DNA of 62,585 nt, counting the filler, from Basidiobolus ranarum (lineage: Eukaryota): assembly GCA_040143965.1 (NCBI GenBank). It is 2 parts of 2 records of this genome, joined end to end, with 100 filler letters (N's around TTAATTAATTAA, not from the genome) between each part and the next. Parts side by side here need not be neighbours in the genome. Positions count along the whole stretch, not along the records: positions 1 to 31,360 come from JASJQH010000090.1; positions 31,461 to 62,585 come from JASJQH010000091.1. One strand, written 5' to 3'. The position numbers and the translations under genes were made by a program. A model generated the notes under the pieces. The model saw only the letters and a program-made list of their open reading frames with translations, was not told the origin of the DNA and did no database searches. Numbering within the stretch: position 1 is the first letter of the stretch; each line of letters opens with the position of its first letter. This document shows, piece by piece, positions 28,969 through 41,290 of the stretch.

Positions 28969-30309
28969 TTACTCTCTATGAGTGGTAGGCTTAATTTCAC
29001 CTGATTCTAGTTCAACGAATTTCTCCTCCTCCAATTCCCTGGCTGGAAATTCCTTCTCCAATTTGGCCATGACCACAGTTGCGATGCAATTTCCTGCTAC
29101 ATTCACCGCAGTTTTTCCCATTTCTAGGATAGGTTCTACGCCCAAGAGAACTGCTACCGCTTCAAAGGGTAGATCAAAGCTTTGAACAGCACTCGCCACT
29201 ACTACCAAACCGGCGCGAGGAACTCCCGCAACACCTTTGCTTGTCAACATTAAGGTGAGAACAAGAAGGACCTGACGTGAGACTGGAAGCTCGATTCCTC
29301 CTGCTTGAGCAGCAAAAAGTGCAGCAATAGAGAAATAAATTGACCCACCATCCAAATTGAATGAATATCCAGTAGGTAGAACAAATCCCACGATCTTTTT
29401 AGGCACTCCAAAATCTTCTAAAGCCTTCATAGCACTGGGTAAAGCCGCTTCGGAAGAACATGTGGTGAATGCAATTAAAAGTGGTTGAGAAATACACTTT
29501 AAGAATTTGATAATAGGAATCTTAGCAACCAACATGATTGGTAAGAAAATGACAATAATGAAAACTGCAAGTGCCAAGTAAACTGCGCCAACAAGTTTTC
29601 CAAGACTACCCAGTACAGAGATCCCGTTCTTTCCTACAGTAAAGGCGAGCGCGGAAAACACTCCGATAGGAGCATAATTCATGACCAATGCGGTTACTTT
29701 AAACATCACATTGGCAAGACTATCGAGGAAAGTCAACATAGGTTGCTTATGTTGAGGAGGAGTTTTGACAAGAGCAACTGCAAACATGATTGCGCAAAAA
29801 ACAATCTGTAGCACGGAGTTTTCGGCGGCGGCCTTGAAGAAACTTTGAGGAATAATGGAGTAAAGCTCACGTTCCCAAGTAATTGCTGTACTGGCCAAGT
29901 CTGTACCAGTTTTGTTATCGTATCCTTCTAAGTTTATACCAACACCAGGCTTAAATAAATTGGCGGTAAGGACGCCAAGTATCAAGGCAATTGTAGTGAT
30001 CACCTCAAAGTAAATCAAAGATTTGATGGCTAAAGAGCCAATTTTCTTAAGATCGTCACCATGGCCTGCGATACCGACAACCAACGTGGCAAAGAGAAGA
30101 GGCGTGATCATTGCTTTGATCATATAAACGAAAATATTGGAAAGCGGTTGAAGTTGAACAGAGAATCCTGGTGCTAGCCAACCAACTAGAACACCCAATA
30201 TCATGGAGGTTAAGATCCAATGGGTAAGATTGGGTAAACACAATATCCTCCAAACTTTTCCTGCAGCATTACGGAATGAGCTCTTATTATCTTCACTTGA
30301 ATTAGACAT
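28969..30309 (-). CDS. Dicarboxylate/amino acid:cation symporter (DAACS, GltP/DctA-like), intronless
   Basis: AFTTCSSEAALP (HP1), PTGYSFNLDG (TM7), LTSKGVAGVPRA (HP2), multiple TM helices. Confidence 0.93.
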   Translation of the reverse strand: MSNSSEDNKSSFRNAAGKVWRILCLPNLTHWILTSMILGVLVGWLAPGFSVQLQPLSNIFVYMIKAMITPLLFATLVVGIAGHGDDLKKIGSLAIKSLIYFEVITTIALILGVLTANLFKPGVGINLEGYDNKTGTDLASTAITWERELYSIIPQSFFKAAAENSVLQIVFCAIMFAVALVKTPPQHKQPMLTFLDSLANVMFKVTALVMNYAPIGVFSALAFTVGKNGISVLGSLGKLVGAVYLALAVFIIVIFLPIMLVAKIPIIKFLKCISQPLLIAFTTCSSEAALPSAMKALEDFGVPKKIVGFVLPTGYSFNLDGGSIYFSIAALFAAQAGGIELPVSRQVLLVLTLMLTSKGVAGVPRAGLVVVASAVQSFDLPFEAVAVLLGVEPILEMGKTAVNVAGNCIATVVMAKLEKEFPARELEEEKFVELESGEIKPTTHRE

Positions 30310-31305
30310 TATAAAGAAGTTATTGAGGATCTGAAGGAGTTGTAGAGAGGTGCAAGAAGTGAATTAATTCTCAAAGATCAGATGCAAATCTAATCGATGC
30401 AGGTAGACAATGGCTGCTCATACAATTTATAGTTCAACCTCTGGCCCTAAATGTTGTTATGCCTACAAAAATACGCGATATTGGAAAAAGATGGTGCCAT
30501 TGTGTGCAACCATGACAACACTATTTAGCCATGGGAAAATATATCTACATAGAAAAAAATGTCTATCCTGTTAACTAAAGAATATCTAACTAGAGTGAGC
30601 TAATCAGGAATACCTTGAAGCACGCCATCTTGATTCGAAATGTAGAGATTTGCAACTGGATTAACAGATATATATAAAGTGTATAATTCTATATTAGTAC
30701 GATACTAGTACAATGCTATATTAGTACATTTCCACACAACCTAAGCATCAAACTCTAAAGCAAATCTGACTCATACCATCCAGAAAACTGGGACGTTATA
30801 CTTTTTTGATCGAAATTGCGTGATATGATGCGCTGGTTGCATGATTACTAATTTTGTTGGCCGTATGATTGCTAATTCAAATTTACCGTATATACCATAT
30901 ATACTATATAATCTCTTATTGAGTAAACGTGTGTTACAAGGACTTCTGTGGAGTAGAAATGTACGGTACGATAGAGAACCTTATTAAAACGTTCTTTGAG
31001 CGACTTTGTTAAGGTCTTTGAATGCCTCAAAACACGCTTTGAACGCCTGACTATATTGTTTTTGATCCCTGTTTTTGATCACCCTAACCCTACTTTTCCA
31101 TTTGATTAACACATGGTTACACGTTCTCCGCTAAATGGAAATAATCATGATAATTCAACAGATACCATTAAGATAGAACTAAGATGACATCAAAAGGGGA
31201 GATGATTGAAGGATCGCTCCTGTTCAGTAATTTGCTCATGGTAATAACATGTACCGCTAAGCATGGCTGCTTGTCCGTTAGTTGTTTTAGAAATATTAGC
31301 CAGTA

Positions 31306-31360
31306 CTGTTGGTTATATCAGTTGGTTCTGTTGGTTGTATCAGTTGGTTCTGTTGGTTGT
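31306..31360. repeat. 22-bp tandem repeat running into the assembly gap
   Basis: CTGTTGGTT(A/G)TATCAGTTGGTT about 2.5 copies, truncated by Ns. Confidence 0.8.
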
Positions 31361-31460
31361 NNNNNNNNNNNNNNNNNNNNNNNNNNNNNNNNNNNNNNNN
31401 NNNNTTAATTAATTAANNNNNNNNNNNNNNNNNNNNNNNNNNNNNNNNNNNNNNNNNNNN
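31361..31460. other. Assembly gap with artificial TTAATTAATTAA linker
   Basis: 100-nt block: 44 N + TTAATTAATTAA (31405-31416, stops in all six frames) + 44 N. Confidence 0.97.
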
Positions 31461-32564
31461 AAAATAATATGTGATATGCTGGTTCAATATGGGGCACCTT
31501 AGTACTAAGCTATTTATGACCATATAGGTGCTTTGGCTATGCTTATTTCAACAGCAACACTGTAAACATCAACTCTGCTCAATAAATTAGTAAGTTCAAA
31601 CCATCAATTCTTCTAGCCTTCCAAACCACTTCCAACAAGCTTCAAAAAACATTAACCATTTGTACCACAATGTTGACATATAAGGTGCTCTGAAGCTAAG
31701 TAAAGAATGTGGGTAGAAACCTTTATTAACTTTTGATAATTTAATTTTCACTTCACAAACAATGGTATCCATTTCTATTGATATGGAGAAAATATTTGAA
31801 CTATACTCAGGAGTTTGTGGAACTAATAAATATGTTGCATATGTGCTTTAGAACATTGGGAATGCATTCAAATATATGCATTATTAGTTTTGGATAAAGA
31901 TAATGCAAGTGTATAATATTAGGCCTGTTCATATAAAGATATGGTTGCTGCATATATGGTAGTCCTTTTGCTAATTTACACACATATTCTCAGTAGGATA
32001 ATTTTACTCACACAAGTATCTAGACAGAATTCAGGCTGTTAGCTCCAGTGAATAAAAATTGAGAATAGAAGTTTTGAAAGTTTAAGTTTAACAATAATCT
32101 GTTGGATTAGGTATCGAGCCTTAACCCACAAGTCAGGTTTAATAACGGATTGTAATGAGCCATTAAAGAAAACTCATAAGCAGGTGTCACAATATGCAAG
32201 TATCCACAGATATGTCGAAAGTGATGTTAGATCAGATTTCTAATAACAATTTACTTGCATAGTCGTTTTATTAGGCCCCATGTTGGATTGAAATGTCAAG
32301 CTATTATGAAGGTTAATTCTTAGTTTATTGACGGCCAAACTTGTGTCAGTACTATATGGATGAAAAGTTTCACCTAATTTCAATGTTATAGATAGTGTTA
32401 CCCGTAAGAACCGTCACTAACAGTCACCAGCCGAGAAAGAAGCAAATGTCTGTATAGTTAAATGTGGATCGCGACCTAGCACCAATCTGGACATAGAGCG
32501 ATAGTATAAATAAGCAGCTTGAGGCAACTAGGGAAGAGTATCAAATCAACCATTATCAAGTAAA

Positions 32565-33098
32565 ATGAAGAGCTGGACTATCATCATTTGCTTCGCTTTT
32601 TTCCTTCTTCAAGTGACCTCAGTCATTGCTGATCTACAAAACTCTCGTGTACGTACCAGAAGGCCTCAAAGAACAGGAACTACACCATCTAAGCCTAACC
32701 CTACCCCTACTCCAGGGGTAGGAAATGACGACCTACAAAAAATGCTTGAATTAGTGAATCAACAACGTCAACAAAACGGACAAAATCCCCTTCAACTTGA
32801 TAGTCGTCTCGTTCAAGCTGCCCAAAAGCATACCGACTATCAAGCCAGCATTGGTCAGATAACTCATGATGAACCCGGCAGACCTTTGAGTACTCGCGTA
32901 TCTGAAACAGGATTCAAATGGACTGCGCTTGGAGAAAATGTGGCTATGGGTTATACCAGTGTTGAGGCAGTTATGAATGGTTGGATGAATTCACCTGGGC
33001 ATCGGCAAAACATTCTGAATCCTCAATTTACTCACTTCGGCTCTGGATATGTCGCCAATGGAAACTACTGGACACAAGACTTTGCTCGACAAGCTTAA
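32565..33098 (+). CDS. Secreted CAP/SCP domain protein of bacterial (YkwD-like) type
   Basis: Signal peptide, P/T linker, LVNQQR, AAQKH, GENVAMG, WMNSPGHRQNIL, YWTQDF; TATAAA at 32505. Confidence 0.92.
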   Translation: MKSWTIIICFAFFLLQVTSVIADLQNSRVRTRRPQRTGTTPSKPNPTPTPGVGNDDLQKMLELVNQQRQQNGQNPLQLDSRLVQAAQKHTDYQASIGQITHDEPGRPLSTRVSETGFKWTALGENVAMGYTSVEAVMNGWMNSPGHRQNILNPQFTHFGSGYVANGNYWTQDFARQA

Positions 33099-33956
33099 AT
33101 GCTCCCCAGCAGACATAACATCATTCTTTCTAGGTGATTACTATTTATTGCTAATCCCTTAATAAATCCTCTTTGCACACTTCATGAATCCGATGCAATC
33201 AATTAATCATCCAGTATGTTGGTTCAGCCATAACTGATTGATTGACTAAATTTCACCGCAATCTCTATGACACAATATGTTGGTTCAAGGGTATGACAAA
33301 ATCTATTCGAATGCATGCATCATTATCTGGGAAATTGTAACTAGGAATTGATTAGAAACACTCCTCCTGTAAGATCCAATGTAGGAGATCCATCATCATC
33401 ACCTCACCTCATGTTACTTAAGTTAATCATGATATTATCCATCTGTGTTCCTGACTATCACATGGCCTCTGGGCGAGGGTAAGAGCACGGGTAAAATCCA
33501 AGGGATATGCTTCAATTAGGAAATAAAACACTTACCATACGAATGCTCAGCTGATGAAAACGGAAATCTCAAGTATAATCCACCGCTCAAGACCACCTGT
33601 TCAAGCTCCCTTCCAAATTGAGAAATATACAGAGAATTGTAATTGATTTCGATAATCTGAAGTTTAATCGTAATATTCTAAAGGGTGGCGCCGTGTTAAC
33701 CGAGTGTTTTCGGACCTTAACTATAGCTTTGAGTGGCGGCACTAACATGCTCGGAATAGTATGATCGAAATGATCTCATCCACTCAATGTAATAATTACA
33801 TAATAAATGTATGCTCAGACTCAAGATGCAGGGAATTTAGGTGAGTGCTTTTTATAGTAATAGCTTGGAGCGATGGTATATAAGGTGAAGTTGTGCCTTG
33901 GTTGTCATTCATATTCCTCACACATTCACTCTTGATCTTATTTTCCTTTGTATAAA

Positions 33957-35891
33957 ATGTCTCCTCAACTCCATAGCGGCTCTGTAAACAACACTTTCAA
34001 AGGTACAATGTGGTATAAATGATTTATTCACTTAGAGAAGAGACTGACTTGTTGTATACAATAGTACCTAAAGGTAAAAAGGTTCTGAGAATCGACTCAA
34101 TCAATCCCCAAGTACGGGAAGTTCAATACGCCGTTCGTGGTGAGATTGCTATCCGTGCTGAAGAACTCAAGAATGTAAGCTTCTCGGATGAAACTCCAGT
34201 GAACGAACCAAGAAAAACCTAACTTGAATCTATTTAGGAGCTATTGCAAAAAGGAAACAACCTTCCTTTCAAAGAAATCGTTAACATTAATATCGGTAAT
34301 CCTCAGCAACTGAAGCAGAAACCGATCACCTTCTTCAGACAGGTATAAGCCTCACTTTGAAGTTGCATTTCTGAGAACTTCCTCTCTAATAGATCTATAT
34401 TAGGTTGCCTCTCTAGTGGAGTACCCTGATTTGTTACTGGAAGAAAATGGTGACAAGGTCAAACTATTATTTGCCACTGACGCCATTGAAAGAGCCAAAC
34501 TATTGGTCAAGGCTTGTGGTGGCAGTGTTGGAGCTTACAGTCATTCACAGGGAATTCCTCACATCCGTAAAAATGTAGCTAAATTTATTGAAGGTATGCG
34601 TGTACATTATATATGATGCTCAGATGTCTTCGATAGCTAACCCTTTCACTAGAACGTGATGGCTATGCTGCTGATGTTAATAAGATCTTTTTAACCATGG
34701 GGTAAGTTCTAAGTTATGGTTGGTTGGTCAGAATATATACTAATGTCTCACTCTTCATAGTGCATCTGCTGGTGTTCAATTAGCTTTACGCTTCATCATT
34801 GAGCATTCCAAGGTTGGCATCATGATTCCAATCCCACAGTATCCTCTTTATACCGCCACATTGTCGCTTTACGATGGTCAAGCTGTCCCTTATTATTTGA
34901 ATGAAGAAAAGGACTGGGGTATGGATGTAAGTAACCTACAGTTACACAGTTGTCTTGTTCACAAATCTAACCTTAGCTTGTAATTCAGATCGGAGAATTA
35001 AAGAAGTCGGTGGATACAGCTCGTCAAAATGGTACTGATGTTAGAGCTCTATGCATCATCAACCCTGGTAACCCCACTGGTCAATGCCTTGCCGAACAGA
35101 ACATGCGAGAGGTTATTGAATTCTGTCAACGGGAGAAACTTGTTCTTCTTGCGGATGAAGTATATCAAGAAAACATTTACATGCCTAGAACTAGACCATT
35201 CCACTCATTCAAGAAAGTGTTGAAATCCATGGGGCCTGGGTTCGATGATGTGGAGCTCATTTCTTTCCACTCCATATCGAAAGGTATGATTGGTGAATGC
35301 GGTCGTCGTGGTGGTTATTTCGAATGCCAAGGAATTGAACAAGAGGTGGTTGACGAGATGTATAAAATATCGTCAGTCTCTCTCTGCCCTAACGTTCAAG
35401 GACAGATCATGGTAGATCTCATGGTTAACCCTCCAAAACCCGGAGATGAATCCTATGACCTATATCAAAAGGAAATCGATGACATATACCAATCCCTTAA
35501 ACGCAGAAGCAACCTTCTATGCGATGCTTTCAATGAACTAGAAGGCGTGACATGCAACAAAGCTGAGGGTGCTTTGTACCTTTTCCCAAGAATAAGGTTC
35601 CCCGATGGTGTCCTCAAGGCTGCTAAAGAAGTAGGCAAGAACCCCGATGACTTCTATTCACTCGCAATGCTCAATGAAACTGGAGTGGTAAGCTTTAATT
35701 GGGTAGTAAATCGCTTCTTAAATTTTGACTAATATTCTGTATAGTGTGTGGTACCAGGTAGTGGGTTCGGACAAGAAAAAGGCACTGCTCACTTTCGTGC
35801 TACCTTCCTCCCGGCCGAGGATCTTTTTACTGAATTCATTGATTTGTTAAAGCGCTTCCATCAAGACTTCATGGATAAATATCGGGATTAG
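33957..35891 (+). CDS. ALT1: Alanine aminotransferase, multi-exon
   Basis: YAVRGE, NIGNPQQL, GAYSHSQG, IPIPQYPLY, IINPGNPTG, ADEVYQ, SFHSISKGMIGECGRRGG, VVPGSGFGQ. Confidence 0.95.
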
Positions 35892-36692
35892 GCTTATCAA
35901 TCCCATATATTTCCCGATTTGTATCCTTATCCCTATATATACACTAACCTCATAACATGACGCAACACCCCCTAGTATTAATTGGCCCTGACGTACAGTT
36001 ATATGTACATTATATGACCTTGATTTTATATATTCTCTGAAATAAATTCTGTATAATTTAAGCATGATTATGAAACCAATTCTCTAAATAAGGCTCAAGA
36101 TAAAGAAGAACCATTCTCCTGTCACAATCAAGAATATACTTTGCATTTATCCTCTTGAACACACCTCGATGTCTAGAACCAGGAAGCCTGTTACTTGACA
36201 GAACTCGATTGAAGATGCCAGGAATATGATCTGGAATGGGATATCTTCAATCAAGCTTAACCTTGCGTACGATACAATTGTTAGTTACATTGCGATTTCC
36301 AAATATAGGATTGTTAGCATTAGGTGATATGAATTCAACTAAAGATTATCAAATAGAACATCGATCTTTAGTTGATTAAACAGATCGATCTTTTGCTTTA
36401 TTTAATTAGAGTCATAAATATAGAGTTTGCCCAGAGTACAGGAATTGGTGATAATTATCGATAGTTTTAAATGATCTAATTCTACCTCAATAATTGATCA
36501 GAAAGGAAATAGGAGAAAGAGCATCAGTTCTATGACAACCGCCCTTTTTTATGCAACCTTTTCCGCATTATCAAGGTAAAAGTGTTTAAAGAAAAAAGAA
36601 AAAAAACTATTTTACTTTAGTTACGTTGTAACCTTTAGACTTTGTTTTGTGTGAAGTATAACCTTAACTTCACTTTCTTTTACTTTTCACAA

Positions 36693-39600
36693 ATGGACGT
36701 AGACACAGCTGATATACAAAACATGGAAGCTGCTCCTAATGGAGATGCCGCAGGTTCCCCTCGTTCCGCTCAAAATAAACGTAGACGTACCAATTCACTC
36801 ACAGCTGTTGGTTACAGACGTGAATCTTTAACCGATGATAATAATGCTGCTATGGCTAGTATTCCTGCTCTTCAGCCACCTCAATGGCAAGCCACCGTTG
36901 AAAAAGCAATCAAAGCTATTGTTTCCATTAGATTTAGTCAAGTAGCTGCCTTTGATACTGAAGGTTAGTGAAGAGTCACTAAAGAAATCCATTCAATTTG
37001 GGCTTTTAGATAATGTAGATCATTTAACATATTTCTTTTGATCAGGCCCGGAGAACTCGGAAGCTACTGGATTTATTGTAGATGCAGAACAAGGACTGAT
37101 CTTGACAAATAGGTATGGAAATCTCAATCATTTTCCATTATGTTCAATTTAGTTCAATATTTTATTGACAAAAGTTACCTCTAGACATGTCGTTGGCGCT
37201 GGTCCTTTCGTAGGTGAAGCTGTTGCTCATGACCATGAGGAAGTTGATGTATACCCAGTATATAGGTATATTTAAATGTTATGTTATAAACTGATCACAA
37301 CATACTGATTTGATTTCATATAATAGAGATCCTGTGCATGACTTTGGGTAAATCACCTTTCTACACTAGTTCAATCCCCTTTGCATTTTAAATTTACCAA
37401 AGTTCCTAGTATTTTACGATTTGATACCTCCAAAATTAAGTACATGAAACTCACTGGCATTCCACTGAGACCTCATTTGGCTCGAGTTGGTATTGATATT
37501 CGTGTCGTGGGTAATGATGCTGGTGAGAAATTGTCCATTCTTGCTGGTTCAATCTCTAGATTGGATCGTAATGCACCTGAATATGGAGATATGACCTACA
37601 ATGATTTCAATACATTCTACCTGTAAGTTAACCTTAAACTATCTAGAACCTTAAGTGATGATATTAATAGAAATTTATCTTTAAAGACAAGCAGCTTCTA
37701 GTACCAGTGGAGGTGAGATTCTATGTGCTTGGTAGCTCTTGTGATATAAGAGTGAAACTAATTCCTTACTATAGGCAGTTCTGGAAGTCCAGTTATTGAT
37801 ATTAATGGTTACGCAGTTGCCTTACAAGCTGGTTAGTATACATACCATCGAACTTTTATCGGTATATTCGAAGAAACAAATTAACCATCATTTCAACTTT
37901 AAAAGGAGGACACACCAAAGCCGCCACGGATTTCTTTCTTCCACTTGATCGTGTTAAAAGAGCATTAGATTTGATTAGGGAAGGAAAACCCGTATCTCGA
38001 GGAACAATTCAAGTTCAATTTTTGTTAGTAGTGTACACATAGATTCGGTGATCTTGCTTTTCTAAACTAACATTCTTGTTCTGACAGATATCGTCCTTTC
38101 GATGAGGTTAGACGTTTGGGACTTCGTATCGAAACCGAAACATTTATTCGCTCCAAATTCCCAGAAGAAATTGGTATGTTGGTTGCGGAAACTGTAGTTC
38201 CTAAAGGACCTGGATCCGCTTACATGGAAGAGGGAGATATACTTATATCCATTAATGGAGAATATGTGACCAAGTTTGTTCCTCTGGAGGTATTTTTGGA
38301 TGATAATGTAGGAAAAGAAATAACTGTGGTTATTGAGCGTGGTGGTGTTCCACTCGAGTTCAAACTAGGAGTTCAGGATTTGCATTCGATGTGAGTTTAC
38401 GAAAGTCTTATAATATCAATGCTCTGCTTGCCTAATGTTTGGTTGTTTAGTACTCCTGACAGATACGTCGAAATCGGTGGGGCCAAGTTAAATGAGTTGT
38501 CTTACCAACTTGCTCGGTCTTATTGTGTCCCCGTGGGTGGTGTTTATGTTTCAGAGCCCAGTGGGATGTTTAGACTAGAGGGTCAAGATAACGGGTGGAT
38601 CATCTCATCTGTGGACAACAAGCCAACACCCAACCTCGACGCCTTTATACAAGTCATGAAGGATATTCCTGATAGAGAGCGAGTTCCAGTGGTTTACTAC
38701 TCTATCGCTGATACACACACCAGCAGTGTTGCCGTAGTACAAGTTGAAAGACATTGGTCAAGCTTCAAGCTAGCCGTTAGAAATGGTATGTAAACATGAA
38801 CGCATCTGATCTTCAATGATAGATTTCTGAGCGAACCAATTTCATTTTACCCAGATGTTAGAGGTATTTGGGATTTCACTCACCTGGGTGATCCAATCCC
38901 ACCTAAACCTTTGAAACCTGCCACCGCCAAGTTTGTTACCCTCGATGATAGCTTGGGAGCCGGCAAAGCTTTGATTAATTCATTGGTTAGAGTCAGCTAC
39001 TATATGCCATGCAAAATAGATGGATTCCCCAGAAGCAGAGTAGGGATTGTTTCTTTAAGACTCATTTCTGGTTCTCAATTAACATGTTCTGTAGAAACAA
39101 GGTGCTGGCCTTATCTTGAACGCCGAACGTGGTTTGGTTGTTGTCAGCCGCAGCATTGTACCTTTTGCTTTAGGAGATTTGTCACTTACTTTCGCAGACT
39201 CCATCATTATCCCTGGTAAAGTGGAGTATCTCCACCCCACACACAATCTTACATTTATATCTTATGATCCCAAACTGATTGGTGAGACACCTGTCAAATC
39301 TGCAGTGATTAGTGATGTTCCGTTAGTACAAGGTACCGTTCAATTCGATTACCAACACCTCGCCTTCAACACACTAATCCCTCTTTTTCATAGGTCGTAA
39401 GGTTGGTTTTGTCGCCTTCAACCATAATCATAGACCGATTTGTATCAACACCGTGGTTACCGATGTCACTAGCGTTACAATTCCACAAAACGCTACACCA
39501 AGATTTAGGTAGAGTCCCATTCTAGACAACTCCAATAAGATCACTTCTAAATATGCTTTCGTTCTATAGGAGTATCAATTTAGAGGCAGTCACTATTGAC

Positions 39601-40731
39601 ACCCCCATTGCTCAACAATGCTCGAGTGGTGTTTTGTGCGATAATGAGGGACACGTTCAAGCTCTTTGGTTGTCTTATCTGGGTGAACGTACAGTGTCTG
39701 GTCATGATAATGAATACTATCTTGGCTTAAACATCAAGACAGTTCTACCTGTTGTGGAGCCTTTGTGCAAAGGACTCAAACCCAACCTTAGATTCATTAA
39801 CATTGAATTGATGCCTGTTCAAATAGTTCAAGCACGTCATATGGGTCTAACAGAAGAGTGGGTAAGAAAGGTTGAAGAAGCTAGCCCACATAGACATCAA
39901 CTGTTTATGATTCGACAAACTGAAGTTGGTAGCGAAAGTGCGAATCTATTAAAAGAATTGGATATTATTCTTTCAGTCAATGGTAAAACCGTTACCAGAA
40001 TGTACGATTTAGAGATTCAGTATGATGTTGAGGAATTGGAAATGGTATGTTATATAATATTCGCCTTCTCTGTGTTCGATACCTGAAGGAATTAACCCCC
40101 CCTGATCCTCAGGTTATCCTTCGCGAAAAAGTTGAAATGACCATTAAGGTTCCTACCAGTCCTATTTCCGGTGAAGGGACTAATCGGGTTGTTCTCTGGG
40201 CTGGAGCAGCAATTCAAGGTATAAAAAGAGCATTTTAATCATGTATACTGAGATTGGCGACTAACTTTTGGATCCATAATAGAACCCCATAAAGCTGTTC
40301 TACAGCAATCCAAGACCCTTCCCTCACATGTATATATCTCTGCGCGAAGCAAAGGTTCACCCGCCTATCAATATGGCATGGTAAGAAATAGCGATATATT
40401 CATCATAAGGAAAGTTATTCAACACTAACATTCTCAATTAGGTCCCTACTATGTGGATTACACACATCAACGGTGTCCCTACACCCAACCTCACTGCCTT
40501 CCTGGAAGCAGTCAAGCAATGTCCTGATAACACGTACATTCGAGTCAAAACCATTAGCTTCGATATGATCCCTATGGTCTTAAGTATCAAAACAAATCAG
40601 CATTACTGGTAAATGAACAATCTTACAATATTTCTCCTTTCCTCTCTCGCTAATCACATCATTCTAGGCCCACGGTAGAACTATTACAAGATGAGGAAGT
40701 GGATTGTGGATGGAGACAACTTTCCCATTAA
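36693..40731 (+). CDS. NMA111: Nma111/Ynm3 HtrA-like serine protease with PDZ-like domains, many short exons
   Basis: [59 protein letters not shown]. Confidence 0.95.
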
Positions 40732-41290
40732 AATAAAAGATCTACGATATGACTGTTCACATTTCGAATAGAATCAAAAGGATCTAGTAGGCCATGGGAT
40801 TCTTTGCCAGGCTTAACCACCCCTCTACCTCCATCCTTCCACCCATTTATTCACACTTACGAAATCAGTAAACTTTATTTTCTTTCTCATCCAATATTGT
40901 ACTCAAGAATTGATTTCCAAGTAAAAATGCTTACATAATTTTTATTCCCAATGGAAGTGGTTTATGAAATTCTAAGAAAATATTTATTGCAGTTTTTCAT
41001 TGTTTCCAATTTAAAAAAGTAGTATAGTCAAGAGTGAAGGAAGTAAAAAAGGGAAAATATATAAAATCTTACATACATTCTAAAAATACGAAGATAAAAT
41101 AGAGAGATAAGGAGTCAATGAAGGCCCAAACTAGCGTGGATCGCGTGGAATCAAGTAACCATATCTTCGCATGCCCGCCAAGAAAATATTCATAAGGGTC
41201 AAGTGGTAATATGTGGAAGAGATGACTTTAGAATTGGGTGCGAAAGTATAAGAATAAAAATCATTATAGGAGAAAAGGGATGTGATGCAT

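Noticed and set aside
31405-31416. TTAATTAATTAA inside the N run
   Set aside because: Symmetric placement in a 100-nt gap with stops in all frames marks an assembly linker, not biology
31461-32400. AT-rich stretch after the gap as a decayed transposon
   Set aside because: No terminal repeats or recognisable transposase motifs found
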